DNA of 64,000 bases from Octopus vulgaris (Eukaryota): assembly GCA_951406725.2 (NCBI GenBank), contig OX597821.1, positions 105,214,001-105,278,000 of the forward strand. Direction: 5' to 3'. Shown here piece by piece: positions 12,636-25,900 of the stretch. Positions within the stretch are counted from its first letter, which is position 1. Each line of letters starts with the position of its first letter. The notes beneath the pieces are model-generated. The model saw only the letters and a list, made by a program, of their open reading frames with translations, was not told the DNA's origin and searched no databases. The position numbers and the translations under genes were made by a program.

Positions 12636-14109
12636 TGTGTGTGTGAGTATGAAGATTATGGGACCGTGTGTGTCTGTGGACGTGTTAATGTGTGGGAGAT
12701 TATATGGATGCCTTACTTATGTGTGTGAAGCTATCAGATGCGAGTATGTGCAAGCTTCACACAAGCGCACACATATTCATACACACACAAACGCAACCAC
12801 CCACCAACACGTACTCACACACACACACACACACATATACAAGTCAGACTTGCCGCTGGTAAGCTGTTTGCTTCCCCGAACATCTCTACGATATCAGGCT
12901 CAGCAGTACTACTTCCGTCTCGCGCCAATTACGCTCGGCCTTATCTGTCGCTGGCTACACATACATTTTCGGGCTGGCCGTGCACGCAGGCCATCCAGTC
13001 ACGCGCCTCCGTCGATATCGGCAATTTTATTTCTAATTTCTTCAGTCCCTCATTGTCTCAATCCTTCCTCTCTCTTCATCTGAACACATCTCAACACATA
13101 TTCGCTCTTATACATACAGAAGCATAGAAAGATATTATACATCCCGCATAATCAACACGCATAACCAACACACACAATATTGTTACACACACACACACAC
13201 TTTATGCACAAGCACCCACACGGATGCATATGCCTGTCTACCTTTTTACACACACACACACACGGAAACAAACACATATACGTACAAAAAACGACAAGAA
13301 CACATTTGCAGACATGCTACTTGCACAAATATGCACATAGGCATTAGCTACTACACACATGCTTTGGCTTCCACGCACACACACACACACACACACACGC
13401 AAATATCTAGTAGCCTCACACGCCTTACGTGAGGCATCTACATAATTTTCCATATAAAAACTCATTCACAGACATATGCACACACAAATACACGGAGAAC
13501 ACGCATACATAATGTTTCATATATTGTTCTACAGATGCGCACATACTTTTACTCGCGCACACATAAACGTACGGTCCGATATTCACATATATACGATCAC
13601 TTAAACTTCATTCTCACACACATGCGTGCCCACAGACATATACACACACACGCTTGCCTATACACACTTTCTTGCACACACACACACACTTTAAAGAAAT
13701 CATTGCCATCTCACTTTCCACCGTTGTCTCCAACCACATCCTCACAGTCACTTCAACATGTGCAACCACATAGTTTTCCTTTTTCTCTCGAGTAATCCCA
13801 TTCCGTCGGAAAGCGTAGGCTTGTGATTTTAATAACTCTTCATTTCTCCTGAGCGTCTAATTAACAAAACTTGTTTGTTGTTTCCTCCTCTACCTCTGAC
13901 ATTCGTTTTATGTTCTTTGCACAATTTAGAACCACAAACACACACAAACACGCATTTATACACTCAGTCATTATAATTAGAAAATAATACTAGAGCCACC
14001 GATACAATTATTTAGTTTTAAATGATAACAATGATAAAGAAAAAGTCTAGGCTAGAGGAAGTTTTCCATTAAGCATCTAGTCCTTATGTACGAAAAATAT
14101 GTATAAATA

Positions 14110-14272
14110 GGCGTAGGTGTGGCTGTGTGGTAAGTAGCTGGCTTACTGACCTCTAGGTCCCGGGTTCAGTCCCAATGTGTTGCACCTTGGTCAGTGTCTT
14201 CTATTATAGCCTCGGGCCGACAAACGCCTTGTGAGTGGATTTGGTAGGCGGAGACTGAAAGAAACCTGTCGT
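14110..14272 (+). mobile_element. SINE B 5' half (a tail fragment reappears at ~15125-15180)
   Basis: GGCGTAGGTGTGGCTGTGTGGTAAGTAGC...GGGTTCAGTCCC...GGATTTGGTAG ends in the internal TA tract. Confidence 0.85.
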
Positions 14273-14291
14273 ATATATATATATATATATA

Positions 14292-14726
<435 letters not shown>

Positions 14727-15071
14727 ACATATATATATATATATATATATACATACATAAATATATATGCATATATACATGCATAAATACATAAATATAT
14801 ATGCATATATGCATGCATACATACATAAATATATAGCCAAAAGTGACAAAATGTCGTTTCAGTCTCTTACCTTATTATTATTATTAACTTCTTATAATCA
14901 TCAATAATAATGACCTTTTTGACTAGTAATACTCTAAATGTATATATTTGTCCCTACCTGTCATAAATAGCCTTTTTATATCTACAATATGCATTTTCGT
15001 TGATTATTCATATTTTACCCTTTCATTTCCACGTGTATTTTATATTCTATATTTTTTTTAAAACATAATTC

Positions 15072-15125
<54 letters not shown>

Positions 15126-15570
15126 CGACTAAAGGCGGTCCTCTGGCATGACCCACAGTGAAAATGCTGAAACAGATAAAAAAATATCACAAATATCAAT
15201 TAATGTTCAAGCTCTTCGTATTAATATATTAAACTTGAGGTGATGGGAATTCAAGGGAGTACAATTAACAGCCGAGTATTTGGTCCTCCCATAAACAATA
15301 CGGTATTTTATTACATTTATATTTTTCAAAATCATATATATTGCTGCATGTATGTATTTATTTATATGTGTGTGTGCGCGCGTACGAGTGTGTATGTGTA
15401 TCTATATATATATAATTTTAAATAAGATCAAAAGAAAGTGTTTTCTATGCCAATATGTTGAAACAAAGACTCTAAATCGTCTAACCAGATAAAATATTTT
15501 CACTTGTATTATTTATTACACAACGTGCCGAAACGAGAAAAGCAAGCTAACTGAAATTTATAAAAATATA

Positions 15571-15639
15571 GTTATCTCCAAATCGGTTCCGATTTCTGGT
15601 TAATCCAAAAGGGAATCTTCCTTCATCAGCGAGGAACAC
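15571..15639 (-). ncRNA. Type I hammerhead ribozyme candidate (core intact, stem I weak)
   Basis: Minus strand reads GTTCCTCG-CTGATGA-AGGAAGATTCCCTTTTGGATTAACCA-GAAA-TCGGAACCGA-TT-TGGAG. Stem III is ATCG/CGAT, stem II is GG/CC plus TCC/GGA, and the cleavage triplet is AUU. Confidence 0.55.
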
Positions 15640-15929
15640 AAAATGAAAATAAAGGAAATACTGAGGCATAACCACGGGAAAGTAGATGCAATGTCATGAA
15701 TACATTGAAGTGACCCTAAATATATACAAAGAGAAATTCCGTAGCAAGTGTAAACGGCCAGGAAACGCACAGAAGTGGTTAACCAGTCCCAAAGTGAATG
15801 AGAATTGATTTACTTGTAATAAAAATATAAAATGTTATTAAAAAAAAAATGATTTGATAAATTTTCTTTATTAAAATTTTAGCCTTACGTTAGAAGTATA
15901 TAAACATATATTAGACGTATATAAACAAT

Positions 15930-16225
15930 TCTGCTTACGATTTTAAGGTCGTGAGTTCAATACTCGGTGCCGCGTTGTGTCCTTGAGCATGATACTTTAC
16001 TTCACGCTGCTACAGTCCATTCCACTGGTAAAATGAGTAGTAATTGTATTTTAAAGGGCCAGCCTTGTCACACTCTGTGTCTGTGTCACACTCAATCTAT
16101 CCGATAGCTCCATTAAGGGATATCGTGTCTGTGGAGTGCTCAGCCACTTCCACATTAATTTCACTAGCAAGCTGATCCATTGACATTTCAGCTTGGACCC
16201 TCGTCGTCGTAACCGACGGAGTGCT
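15930..16225 (+). mobile_element. SINE family C (5'-truncated)
   Basis: GAGTTCAATACTC B-box-like motif, CCTTGAGCATGATACTTT core, tail CGTCGTCGTAACCGACGG shared with 48075-48400. Confidence 0.8.
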
Positions 16226-16406
16226 CTTGATTTGTATATATATATATATGAGGAATCTTACGTGTCTTACATATATATCTTTCTGCCCAAAATGGGTCTA
16301 CAAATTCAATATCCCTACATATCTCATATCTGTATTCTTTCCTCCACCTCACTCTCTATTTTGTATCCCATCAAAATTAATTATCACTTAACCAACCTCT
16401 CACACC

Positions 16407-16458
16407 GTCTCCGATGAAAGGATATAATTGATAAATATCCTGGAAACAGCTGTAAGAC
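16407..16458 (+). ncRNA. Minimal type I hammerhead motif (one core substitution) in a PLE-LTR-like fragment spanning ~16250-16525
   Basis: GTCT-CCGATGA-A-AGGATAT(loop)ATATCCT-G-GAAA-C-AGCT-G-TA-AGAC. Stem I is GTCT/AGAC, stem II has 7 bp, loop III is the palindrome AGCT; core U4 is changed to C. Confidence 0.7.
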
Positions 16459-16523
16459 CTTCTATCTATAAATGTTCTAATATCTACACAACCTAGGGTT
16501 TTTATCTCATTACGCAAAAAAAT

Positions 16524-16606
<83 letters not shown>

Positions 16607-17457
16607 TTGTATATATATAATACTAAGGAATTCCAGAGATTGCCGTTTGAAAGTAGATTGGGTTTGAATGCACATAACTTGTACACAGACAGATGGACGT
16701 CTCATACAAATAGAAATGGTTGAAGTAGCCACAAAGGCTATAGAAAAATATTTGGAGGCTTGAAAATAGGAAATGAATCGTCTAATAAGAAAACGAATAA
16801 AAAAATGGAATAGAAATCTTTTCAGCAAACAAGGAGTTATCAACTAGAAACTGAGCTAAAAACAATGATTTACAAAACACAGAAAATACTAGGAAATATT
16901 AATCATACAAATGACAAATTACAATTTGAACTAAATTACAAAGTATGCGAAAGAAATTAGAAAATAAAACATCATACGCCCAATATCTGTCAGAACTGTC
17001 ATAATAGAATTAAACCAGAGTAGAAGACTGTAACGGCGAAAAACACTTGGCTAAAATAAGCTACACATCATTACTGAATTAAAACAATTTAACACAAATG
17101 ATAGTTTATAATGTGTACAATTGATGGCTTCAAAATTTTATTTGCGAAAGCTTAGTTTTTGCCAAGTCTAGGTATATTCACAAATATTCTAGCCAGTAGC
17201 AATATCCACAACAGATATTTCAACATAATGTCGGATACAAAAATGTATAAAATATGTTAAACTTATTATATATATATAGCAATGGCCACATTAACATCCA
17301 CTGGGATATCTCTGTCTAAACTGAGAAGAGGAGCAATGAAATGTATCTAGGCATTATTGCTACGGAGCCATCTAAAATATCTCAAGGTGCCACTCAGAGA
17401 GACTGAACTTCAAACCATGTGGTTGGTAAGCAAGCTATTAACACAGCCACTCCTGCG

Positions 17458-17511
<54 letters not shown>

Positions 17512-17542
17512 CATATATATCGGTCCATCGAAATAATGGTAT

Positions 17543-17583
<41 letters not shown>

Positions 17584-17603
17584 CATATATATCGGTCCAT
17601 CGA

Positions 17604-17650
<47 letters not shown>

Positions 17651-17747
17651 TAGCATATTTTTCGATGCCCCGAGAGCTGAAGTGGTGCCGGTGTGGGATT
17701 CCGCCCCGACATCCGAAACTCTGTGTTTTATCACATATTGTATTTAG

Positions 17748-17824
<77 letters not shown>

Positions 17825-18385
17825 CATACAGATAGATAGATAACTAGCTAGCTCCCTAGATATATAGACAGACGTATATATGCGCGTATGTTTATAGCTT
17901 TAATCATGTCATAACGTGGCAGAAGTCCAAGATACATGCACTAGAAATTGTATATGATCTGAACAATACCAAATGAAAATGTGGTATACAAACATCCCAA
18001 GGAATGTCACAGAGACGGTAATGAATTCAAATCTAATAGATAATATATAGTTGTCGAAAACTCCCAAAGAAAGAATATGCCTTCTATTCCACATAAACTA
18101 TTGAGACAAATAGAAACATATCTCTAAAAGAAATGGGGAAGACTTTGAATTCCGTAAATCTGGAAATAGAGATTACCCGAATATACCGGATGATATGTAT
18201 ATACTGGATTTACGAATATATGCAAGTTAGAGAAAATAGCATTGCTTACTACTTCATACATTCGAAGGAGATAATTTTCATCAAAGTAAATATAACAACA
18301 ATGAAAGTGAACACAGCCCATATCTAAGGCAAACAGAACAGAGTTTGTTATTGCAATGAAGCGCGCAGTAACTATAACAGTGCTC

Positions 18386-18480
<95 letters not shown>

Positions 18481-18513
18481 TAATAACAATAATAACAATA
18501 ATAATAATAATAA
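18386..18513. repeat. (TAA)n microsatellite
   Basis: Direct reading; directly precedes the Dong/R4 RT fragment. Confidence 0.95.
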
Positions 18514-18514
18514 C

Positions 18515-20205
18515 GTGACATTTCCAAGGGGACTGCTTGTCCCCACTGATCTTTGTACTTTGCATGATACCACTAACAATGAGTCGGAGGAATGCAAAGG
18601 CTGTGTGTGTATTCAAGAACCGCCAACAAAATGTCAACCACTTCTTATTCACGAATGACCTCAGACTTTAAGGTATATACGAATCCCAAGTCAGTTCCCT
18701 CGTTGATACGGTTTATACTTTCAGTGCTGATATCAGAATGAAGTTCGGACTGAAAAAGTGTGGTGTATTAGTATTGAAGAGAGGCAAAACCGAATGTATG
18801 GACGGCCTAACGATAACGTGGGGTTGGGTGGGTTAGAAAGCAAATAGAAGAGACAGAGTATAAGTACTTGGGGATTTTGGAAACTGATGGAGAAAGAAAT
18901 AACCAAAAAAATTGAAGGTGGAGGAATTTGCGCACCGTGAGACTGGACCTTAAGTCGAAATTAAACGGAATGAATAATATTGAGGCTATCAACACCTGGG
19001 CGGTTTCATTACATAGATATGTAGCAGGGGTACTCGCATGGGCATTAGGCGAACTAAACAGCTTAGACAGAAATACAAGGAAGTTGCTGACTAGATATGG
19101 GATACTCCAGACAAAAAGTGAGTGACACAGACAGACTGTATTTACCAAAAACAAAAAAAATTAAGAGAGGGATGAGGATTGATTGGATGCGAAAACAGCA
19201 TTAGAACAGAAGAAAGCAACTTACCATGGTATGTAAAAATGTCACAGAAGTAGATCGGGCTTGTGTAGGATGGAAGATTGCAAAAATATTGCACTGTACA
19301 AATACTTGAGAATTAATGAAACTGAAAATAGGTGAATAAGAAGAATTTCATTGGAATATTGAAGATAAGATAGCCAGAGAAAAAAAGGGGCTATAGATGA
19401 CTAAAAGTTATTTAAAACCGGAAACGGAGGCTCTAAATTGTGCTACCCTAGAGGAAGCATGAAGAAACAATTAAATCAAATACAATATAGACAAGACATC
19501 AGAAAGTGATAAGTGCAGAATTTGTAGTCAAAAGGGTGAAGCATATTGCCTTCCGACAACTATTAATTGTTCCTACGATGACGAAACATAATCTTATGTA
19601 GTTGTACACAGTTATACACAGAAACACACGCACACAATGTAAACCACTAACCCAGAAAGAATATGAGACGAAATGACAACATAGCAATGATTGTCCATTG
19701 GAAACTTTGCAACAAGTGTTGTAGGAACATAAAAGAAGGAATCATCGAAAATGATAATGCAAAGATCCTATGGGATTTTATGATTCAGTGTGTCCATGAG
19801 ATAGAGAATAGGAAACCAGACATAGTGTAAAAGATGCTGGATCATAGATATAACATGCCCAACTGAAAACAAGGTATGCAATAAGGAAGAAAGTAACGTC
19901 GAGAGATATGACAGGTTTGCTTGATAGTTTAAGCAGTTGTGTTCACCGAAAAAGGTGGTAACAGTCCCAATAATTGTCGGAGCCCTGGGAACAGTGAGTA
20001 AATATCTTGGAGGTACATGGAACAAATAGGGGCTTCAAAAAGGGTGGAGCACTTGCAGAAAACAGCATTGGTTAGAAGCGCTCGAATACTTAGGACGGTA
20101 CTCGAAAAAAAGTGGTGTCACCTTAGTTCACTGGTAGTGAACAGCGGACGCCGTAGTAAATTTCCAGCGTTAGAAGCTGTGCAAGCACAGTATAATAATG
20201 ATAAA

Positions 20206-20290
<85 letters not shown>

Positions 20291-20306
20291 CACTGCTCTC
20301 TCACTC

Positions 20307-20400
<94 letters not shown>

Positions 20401-20401
20401 T
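18515..20401 (+). mobile_element. Decayed Dong/R4-like LINE (RT, zinc knuckle, restriction-like endonuclease) with (TAA)n tail
   Basis: Peptides FQGDCLSPLIF, NHFLFTNDL (decayed FMDD), FGLKKC, YKYLG, AINTWAV, DKCRIC, ILWDFMIQ..RKPDIV, WIIDITCP, VPIIVGALG, LQKTAL. Many stops and frameshifts; (TAA)n at 20191-20401. May extend 5' to ~17940. Confidence 0.9.
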
Positions 20402-20912
20402 GAAGAAGAAGAACAACAACAATAACAACAACACAACAAATACTACGAAAACAACAGCAGCGAGGACAATAGTCCATAATGGCGTGAAGTTCTTCAAAGA
20501 ATCGACTCGAGGTAATTAAATTTTTTGAATATTCAAATTACGGTTATAATAATATATGATATACAAGAGAGTGTGATAAACATTGAAATGATTATACAAA
20601 GATGATCATTATTATTGTATTTTGAAATGTAGTAAAACTCTTTATATGGAAATGTCATACAATAATGTATAGGAGAGCAGAAATAATTTAACCTTCCCTT
20701 CAAATATGTCAAAGTTTATTGCTCTTGCATATTTTATTTACATTAAATTTGTTTGAAAGTTAAGTCAGGCTGTGGTCTGTTGGTAATTAAATTCTATCAT
20801 TGTCCGCGTTGCATTGTTTACATCTAACTTAAAATTTATTGGACATCTTGTAATATTGGTATTGGAATGTGAGCTAGAAAGCCATATAGTACATATTCTT
20901 GTGAGGTATGTA

Positions 20913-20994
<82 letters not shown>

Positions 20995-21016
20995 TAGTTA
21001 AATACATTATGTATAA

Positions 21017-21067
<51 letters not shown>

Positions 21068-21309
21068 CATCACTGATATAGTTAAATGTATGAGGAAACA
21101 ACAAACGTTTCACAATCACCTTCTAATATAAATTATCTTATCCAGGTATAATTATGGATATCATTGAATATAAAATCCTGGAGAGCAATATTCTATAAGT
21201 TGTATACTTCTAAGATAAAAGCCATGATTATGTAAATGGCTATTCAGTCATTTATAAATATATAGGGATTTGAAATCTTAGCACTAGTTCAGCAATTTCG
21301 TTTACACCA

Positions 21310-21460
21310 TGTCCGCTGTTCAACTAGTATTTATTTTACAAACACCGAAAGAATGAAAACCTGAGTGAACCACAGGAATTTGAACTCATATACGTAAGGG
21401 CAGACAAAATGTCACGAAGCATTTTGTCTGGCGCGCTAACGAATCTGGCAGCTCACCATC
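21310..21460 (-). mobile_element. SINE A, diverged
   Basis: GGAATTTGAACTCA...GCATTTTGTCTGGCGCGCTAACGAATCTGGCAGCTCACC. Confidence 0.7.
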
Positions 21461-23634
21461 ATATTTAGAAATATGTAATTTAGTCAATAATTATATTGTG
21501 ATTTATATAAGATAATACATGACGTTAAGAAATCAATAGCCTCAAATGACATTACTGCAAGGATTTATTAAAACGGTGCGCTTCGAGCATATTGCCTTCC
21601 GACAACTATTAATTATTCCTACGATGACGAAACATAATCTTATGTAGTTGTACACAGTTATACACAGAAACACTCGCACACACACATACACACTCATGTA
21701 TATATATGTATGCATATATGTAAGTGTGTTTAAGGAACGGATCCGCTTCCCAGAGTATACACATATACTTTTGAGTGAACACATAGACAGATGTATAGGG
21801 AATTCCCAACCAATTTTAACAGTTTTACCCATCTACCAGTGCAAAGGAACAATGTCTGTACAAGAACGTTTTAATAAACGCAATTTATTCGCATTTGCCA
21901 ATATTTGTTATGCTTCCATATGAAATCCGCTCAAAGTAAATATCATAGTATTCGGCATTTTAGCAAAACATCTATATTCTGTTAGATATGATTATTGTCT
22001 GTTGGTATTAATTTCACTTCTGTCGCTAGTAAGTCTATGTACATACAGTCTTCCATATAATGCAACTAAACAGAAGCAATGACAAAAAACTGAATGTATG
22101 GCAGATCATTGCAATCATATTCGGAGTATCTTTTATATCCCTCAAGGTATATTGCGCTCCCATATACAAAATAGTATGAATGCAATCGCGGGAATTATGT
22201 ATAGCTGTAAGTAGACATGTTAGAAAGAAATGCAAAATGCCCTTCAAATCATAACGTATCGATTTCTTGACCCTTTATCATTTAATATCGTAATATATTG
22301 GTAACTATAGTACCTGCCTAAATAAAATAAAAAAATAACTGCGGTTTCTTTAATCATTGGCTTTTTCAGTCGAATGTGGCCTTATGTTGTATAGCAGCGA
22401 GAAAGAGGTCGGAAATAGCAAGAGCAAAAGTTGCTAAAACAGCATGGTTGCTATATCAATGCTACAGCCCAAAAAATGCCATATGTTTAGATATGAATCA
22501 CATGCTTATTATACAAACACGTACGCTAGTCTCTGTATTTTTGAACATAATAATTACATCAGGACGACTACACAATACATCTAATACTAACAATATATAA
22601 TATATAGTAGTAAAAAAAATACTACAGTGTAATGCAATTCCATTATAGAGTGTTGAAATTTACTACATAATGCACTTGACTGCACTTGAAAGTAAAAACA
22701 CAAAACACATTACTATCTCTACAGTATTTTCAACCTCATCATCAACACATCAAATTTTAATCACACTGAATTCTATATTATTCTGGTATATTTTAAACAT
22801 CTATAGAATATGCCGCATTATGAAAAAGAAAAGTGATATACACTATAGTTAATAACATCTGTCTCTTTCTTTTTTTTAATAAAATAATTTAGGAATAACT
22901 TTTGTGTGTTGCATTAGGCTCGACGCCAATAAATTTTACGGGAAAAGAAATCAATTATTTTACTATTTTCCAAGTAAATATTTGAAACTTCGGGAGGTGA
23001 CATTTTAAAAAACAAATTCAACAAAAGCCAGTTTCATGTAAAGGTAAGCTATGTTAACGTAATATTAGATATATTTTCTAACTCTACATTTAATAATAGT
23101 TTCTAATTGAGCCATACAGTTTCTGACGTTTAAATAAAGAGTTTAATCGATTCTATTGGCACTATCATTTGACTTATATGTTTATTTCCACTCTCAATAA
23201 CAATGATTTGTTTGCCATTTTAAGATAGAACCTACAGACATATTTCAATGGGAGAATGTTCAGATCTTAGGTTGAGAACCATCAGTATTCACAAATTTCA
23301 GGCTCGGCCACAAAACACCATAATACTGCATAATCACAAAAAAAGAAATTCATTTACCCTTTAGGAGCAAGGAAATACATGAGGGTATCGTGATGGAATT
23401 TTAGGGCAATAGCCGGATCAATCCTACACCTAACAAAAGGTATTTCACAATAATCTACAGATCAATGCTGTACGATCATTGAAAGTCTCTATTCAGAATC
23501 GTTTTCCCAATAAACGTACATTTTCAATTTCAACCATATCTTTATATTTCGTTTCGAACTGCCAATGATACTGAGCCAGTGCAGCGATTTCCGGATCTTA
23601 TCTACAAATCTAAGAGAACTTATGGGATGACATG

Positions 23635-23737
<103 letters not shown>

Positions 23738-23744
23738 CGTATAC

Positions 23745-23794
<50 letters not shown>

Positions 23795-23899
23795 TTATGT
23801 AAGTGTTTTCTTGTGATTGTGTGTGAATGCCTATAGAAACCTAGTATTGTCCAATAATATTGATAATACAGAGACAAAGAGTTATAAAAGACATGGTCC

Positions 23900-24200
23900 T
23901 GGATATTTATACATACAACTTTTGAAGAACACTAGACATTATCTCAGTAGGTAAGGTTAAATATAGATTTCTCAAATAATAGCTGTAAGGTGACGCCAAT
24001 TTTATTATAAACATGTCTCCGCTGGTTGAGATGCTTTGACGCAATAGCTGAGTGTTGCATGTCGAATTAGAATATTTATGAATAGGGACATACAAATAGG
24101 TTTTAATGCATGGGAGGAAAGTTGTTGATGAATATGGAAGAGAATTTCGATAACGAAGAAATTTGCCATTTGTAATAAAATTGTCTCTTTTTCTGTTCGT
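23900..24200 (-). mobile_element. PLE GIY-YIG C-terminal remnant (decayed)
   Basis: Minus frame KFLRYRNS...KYSNST...IIKLASPY...NLYLT..EIM resembles the RYxNH...NST.LS...IIxxAxPY...CxLCLxE pattern. Confidence 0.45.
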
Positions 24201-24851
24201 TCGCACTGGGTACGAAGTAACATTGATTAAATTTGATCTAATGCTGAAAGAAATGCAAACCACAAGGAAATCCACGGGCAGGCGTGATATAATACAAAAT
24301 AGAAAATAGAAAATGTCAAATAAATGTCATCTTTAATACGAGCATTACAAAATAAGAAAATTTATGTGAGGTGTTAGGGAAATTTGGATTTCGATTCATA
24401 TTTAAAAACTCGGTGGAAAAGAAATTAATTTGAATTAACATAAAATAATACTGACTTGTTTGTCATTCGAAATAGAATTTTTCATTTTTATCGTTGTTGT
24501 TTTCCGTTAAAATATGTAGAATGCAGATGGTGACTGTTCATTATAGAAATATTTATTCCATTATAGAGGCCACAAATATTGTGCTCCTTTATATTCTGTA
24601 GAATTGAACAGGTAACATTTGGAAACTACCAATAATAAGTATGAATGATGTACCAAATAATTCTATAAGAAATATACGACTTGTTGTTTAGAAAATTGTG
24701 AAAATGAATGAAAAGTTATGGACAGGAAAATTTGAATTGTAGAGTAAAATAAATAAGCTAAGTTTTCCCAAAATATAACGAAGAGAGTCTTATCATAAGT
24801 AACATCAAATATAATAGAGGTTATATCAATTTTACTTAAAGACGTATGAGA

Positions 24852-24924
<73 letters not shown>

Positions 24925-24925
<1 letters not shown>

Positions 24926-25305
24926 GCGCAGGAGTGGCTCTGTGGTAAGTAGCTTGCTTACTAGCCACATGGTGCCGGGTTCAGTCTCACTGCATGGCAC
25001 ATTGGTCAAGTATCTTCTACTATAGCCTCGGGGTGACCAAAGAGGGAAACTAAAAGCAGCTTGTCATACATATGTATATATGTGTATGTATATGTTTGTG
25101 TGTCTGTGTTTGTACCCCCAACATCGCTTGAAAACCGATGCTGGTGGGTTTACGTCCTCGTCAATGAGCGGTCGGGCAAGAGAGACGGATATAATAAGTA
25201 CTAGGCTTACAAAAATAGTCCTGGGGTCGATTTGCTCGACTAAAGGCGGTGCTACAGCATGCCCACACTCAAATGACTGAAACAAGTAAAAGAGAGAGTA
25301 AAGAG
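24925..25305 (+). mobile_element. SINE family B
   Basis: CGCGCAGGAGTGGCTCTGTGGTAAGTAGCTTG head through GACTAAAGGCGGTGCT...CTGAAACAAGTAAAAGAG tail. Confidence 0.88.
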
Positions 25306-25309
25306 TGTG

Positions 25310-25347
<38 letters not shown>

Positions 25348-25353
25348 AAAGAG

Positions 25354-25384
<31 letters not shown>

Positions 25385-25391
<7 letters not shown>

Positions 25392-25725
25392 TTGGTGAAT
25401 TGAAGAAATTCCAACGGATTTCCTATTTCTTCCTGAAGAGAAAGACACAATATGGTCCCATTATTCAATCGGATTTGGTAAATTGTGCCTTTCGAAACAC
25501 GTGTAGAATGAAATAAAACGATTTCTGTTCAATCTGCGTTCAGCTCCATTTCTTCAATTCACCAATAATATTTTAATTTCAATTATCCGCACCAACGCAC
25601 GGTTGCAACACCATATGGTTGTACCTCCAACCGTGCTGTCTACTGCTGTGATTTTTGCTACCAAGGTATCGGTTAAACTTTTGATTAATCTACTACAAGA
25701 TTATTCATCTTTCTATTTCACATAA
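25385..25725 (+). mobile_element. PLE LTR-like / retrozyme-like ~340-bp element with internal 25-bp perfect inverted repeat
   Basis: AATATTATTGGTGAATTGAAGAAAT (25385-25409) is the exact reverse complement of 25548-25572. Contains the hammerhead and lies within a TA-rich repeat. Confidence 0.65.
25424..25515 (+). ncRNA. Minimal type I hammerhead ribozyme with intact catalytic core
   Basis: Stem I TATTTCTTC / GAA(T)GAAATA. Core CTGAAGA at 25433-25439. Stem II GAAAGACACAAT/ATTGTGCCTTTC (11 of 12 paired). GAAA at 25494-25497. Stem III is A-C(ACGT)G-T with a palindromic loop. GUA triplet, predicted cut after 25505. Confidence 0.85.
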
Positions 25726-25771
25726 TATATATATATATATATATGTAATATATATATACATGTATAAAGAG

Positions 25772-25810
<39 letters not shown>

Positions 25811-25848
25811 TATACATGTATAAAGAGTATGTATATATATATATTTAT

Positions 25849-25900
<52 letters not shown>

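Noticed and set aside
16620-17240. Possible further LINE/PLE remnants (GRLIQIE here; similar faint traces at 4750-5270, 52080-52530, 55750-56050)
   Set aside because: Only single faint motifs; too decayed to classify by eye.
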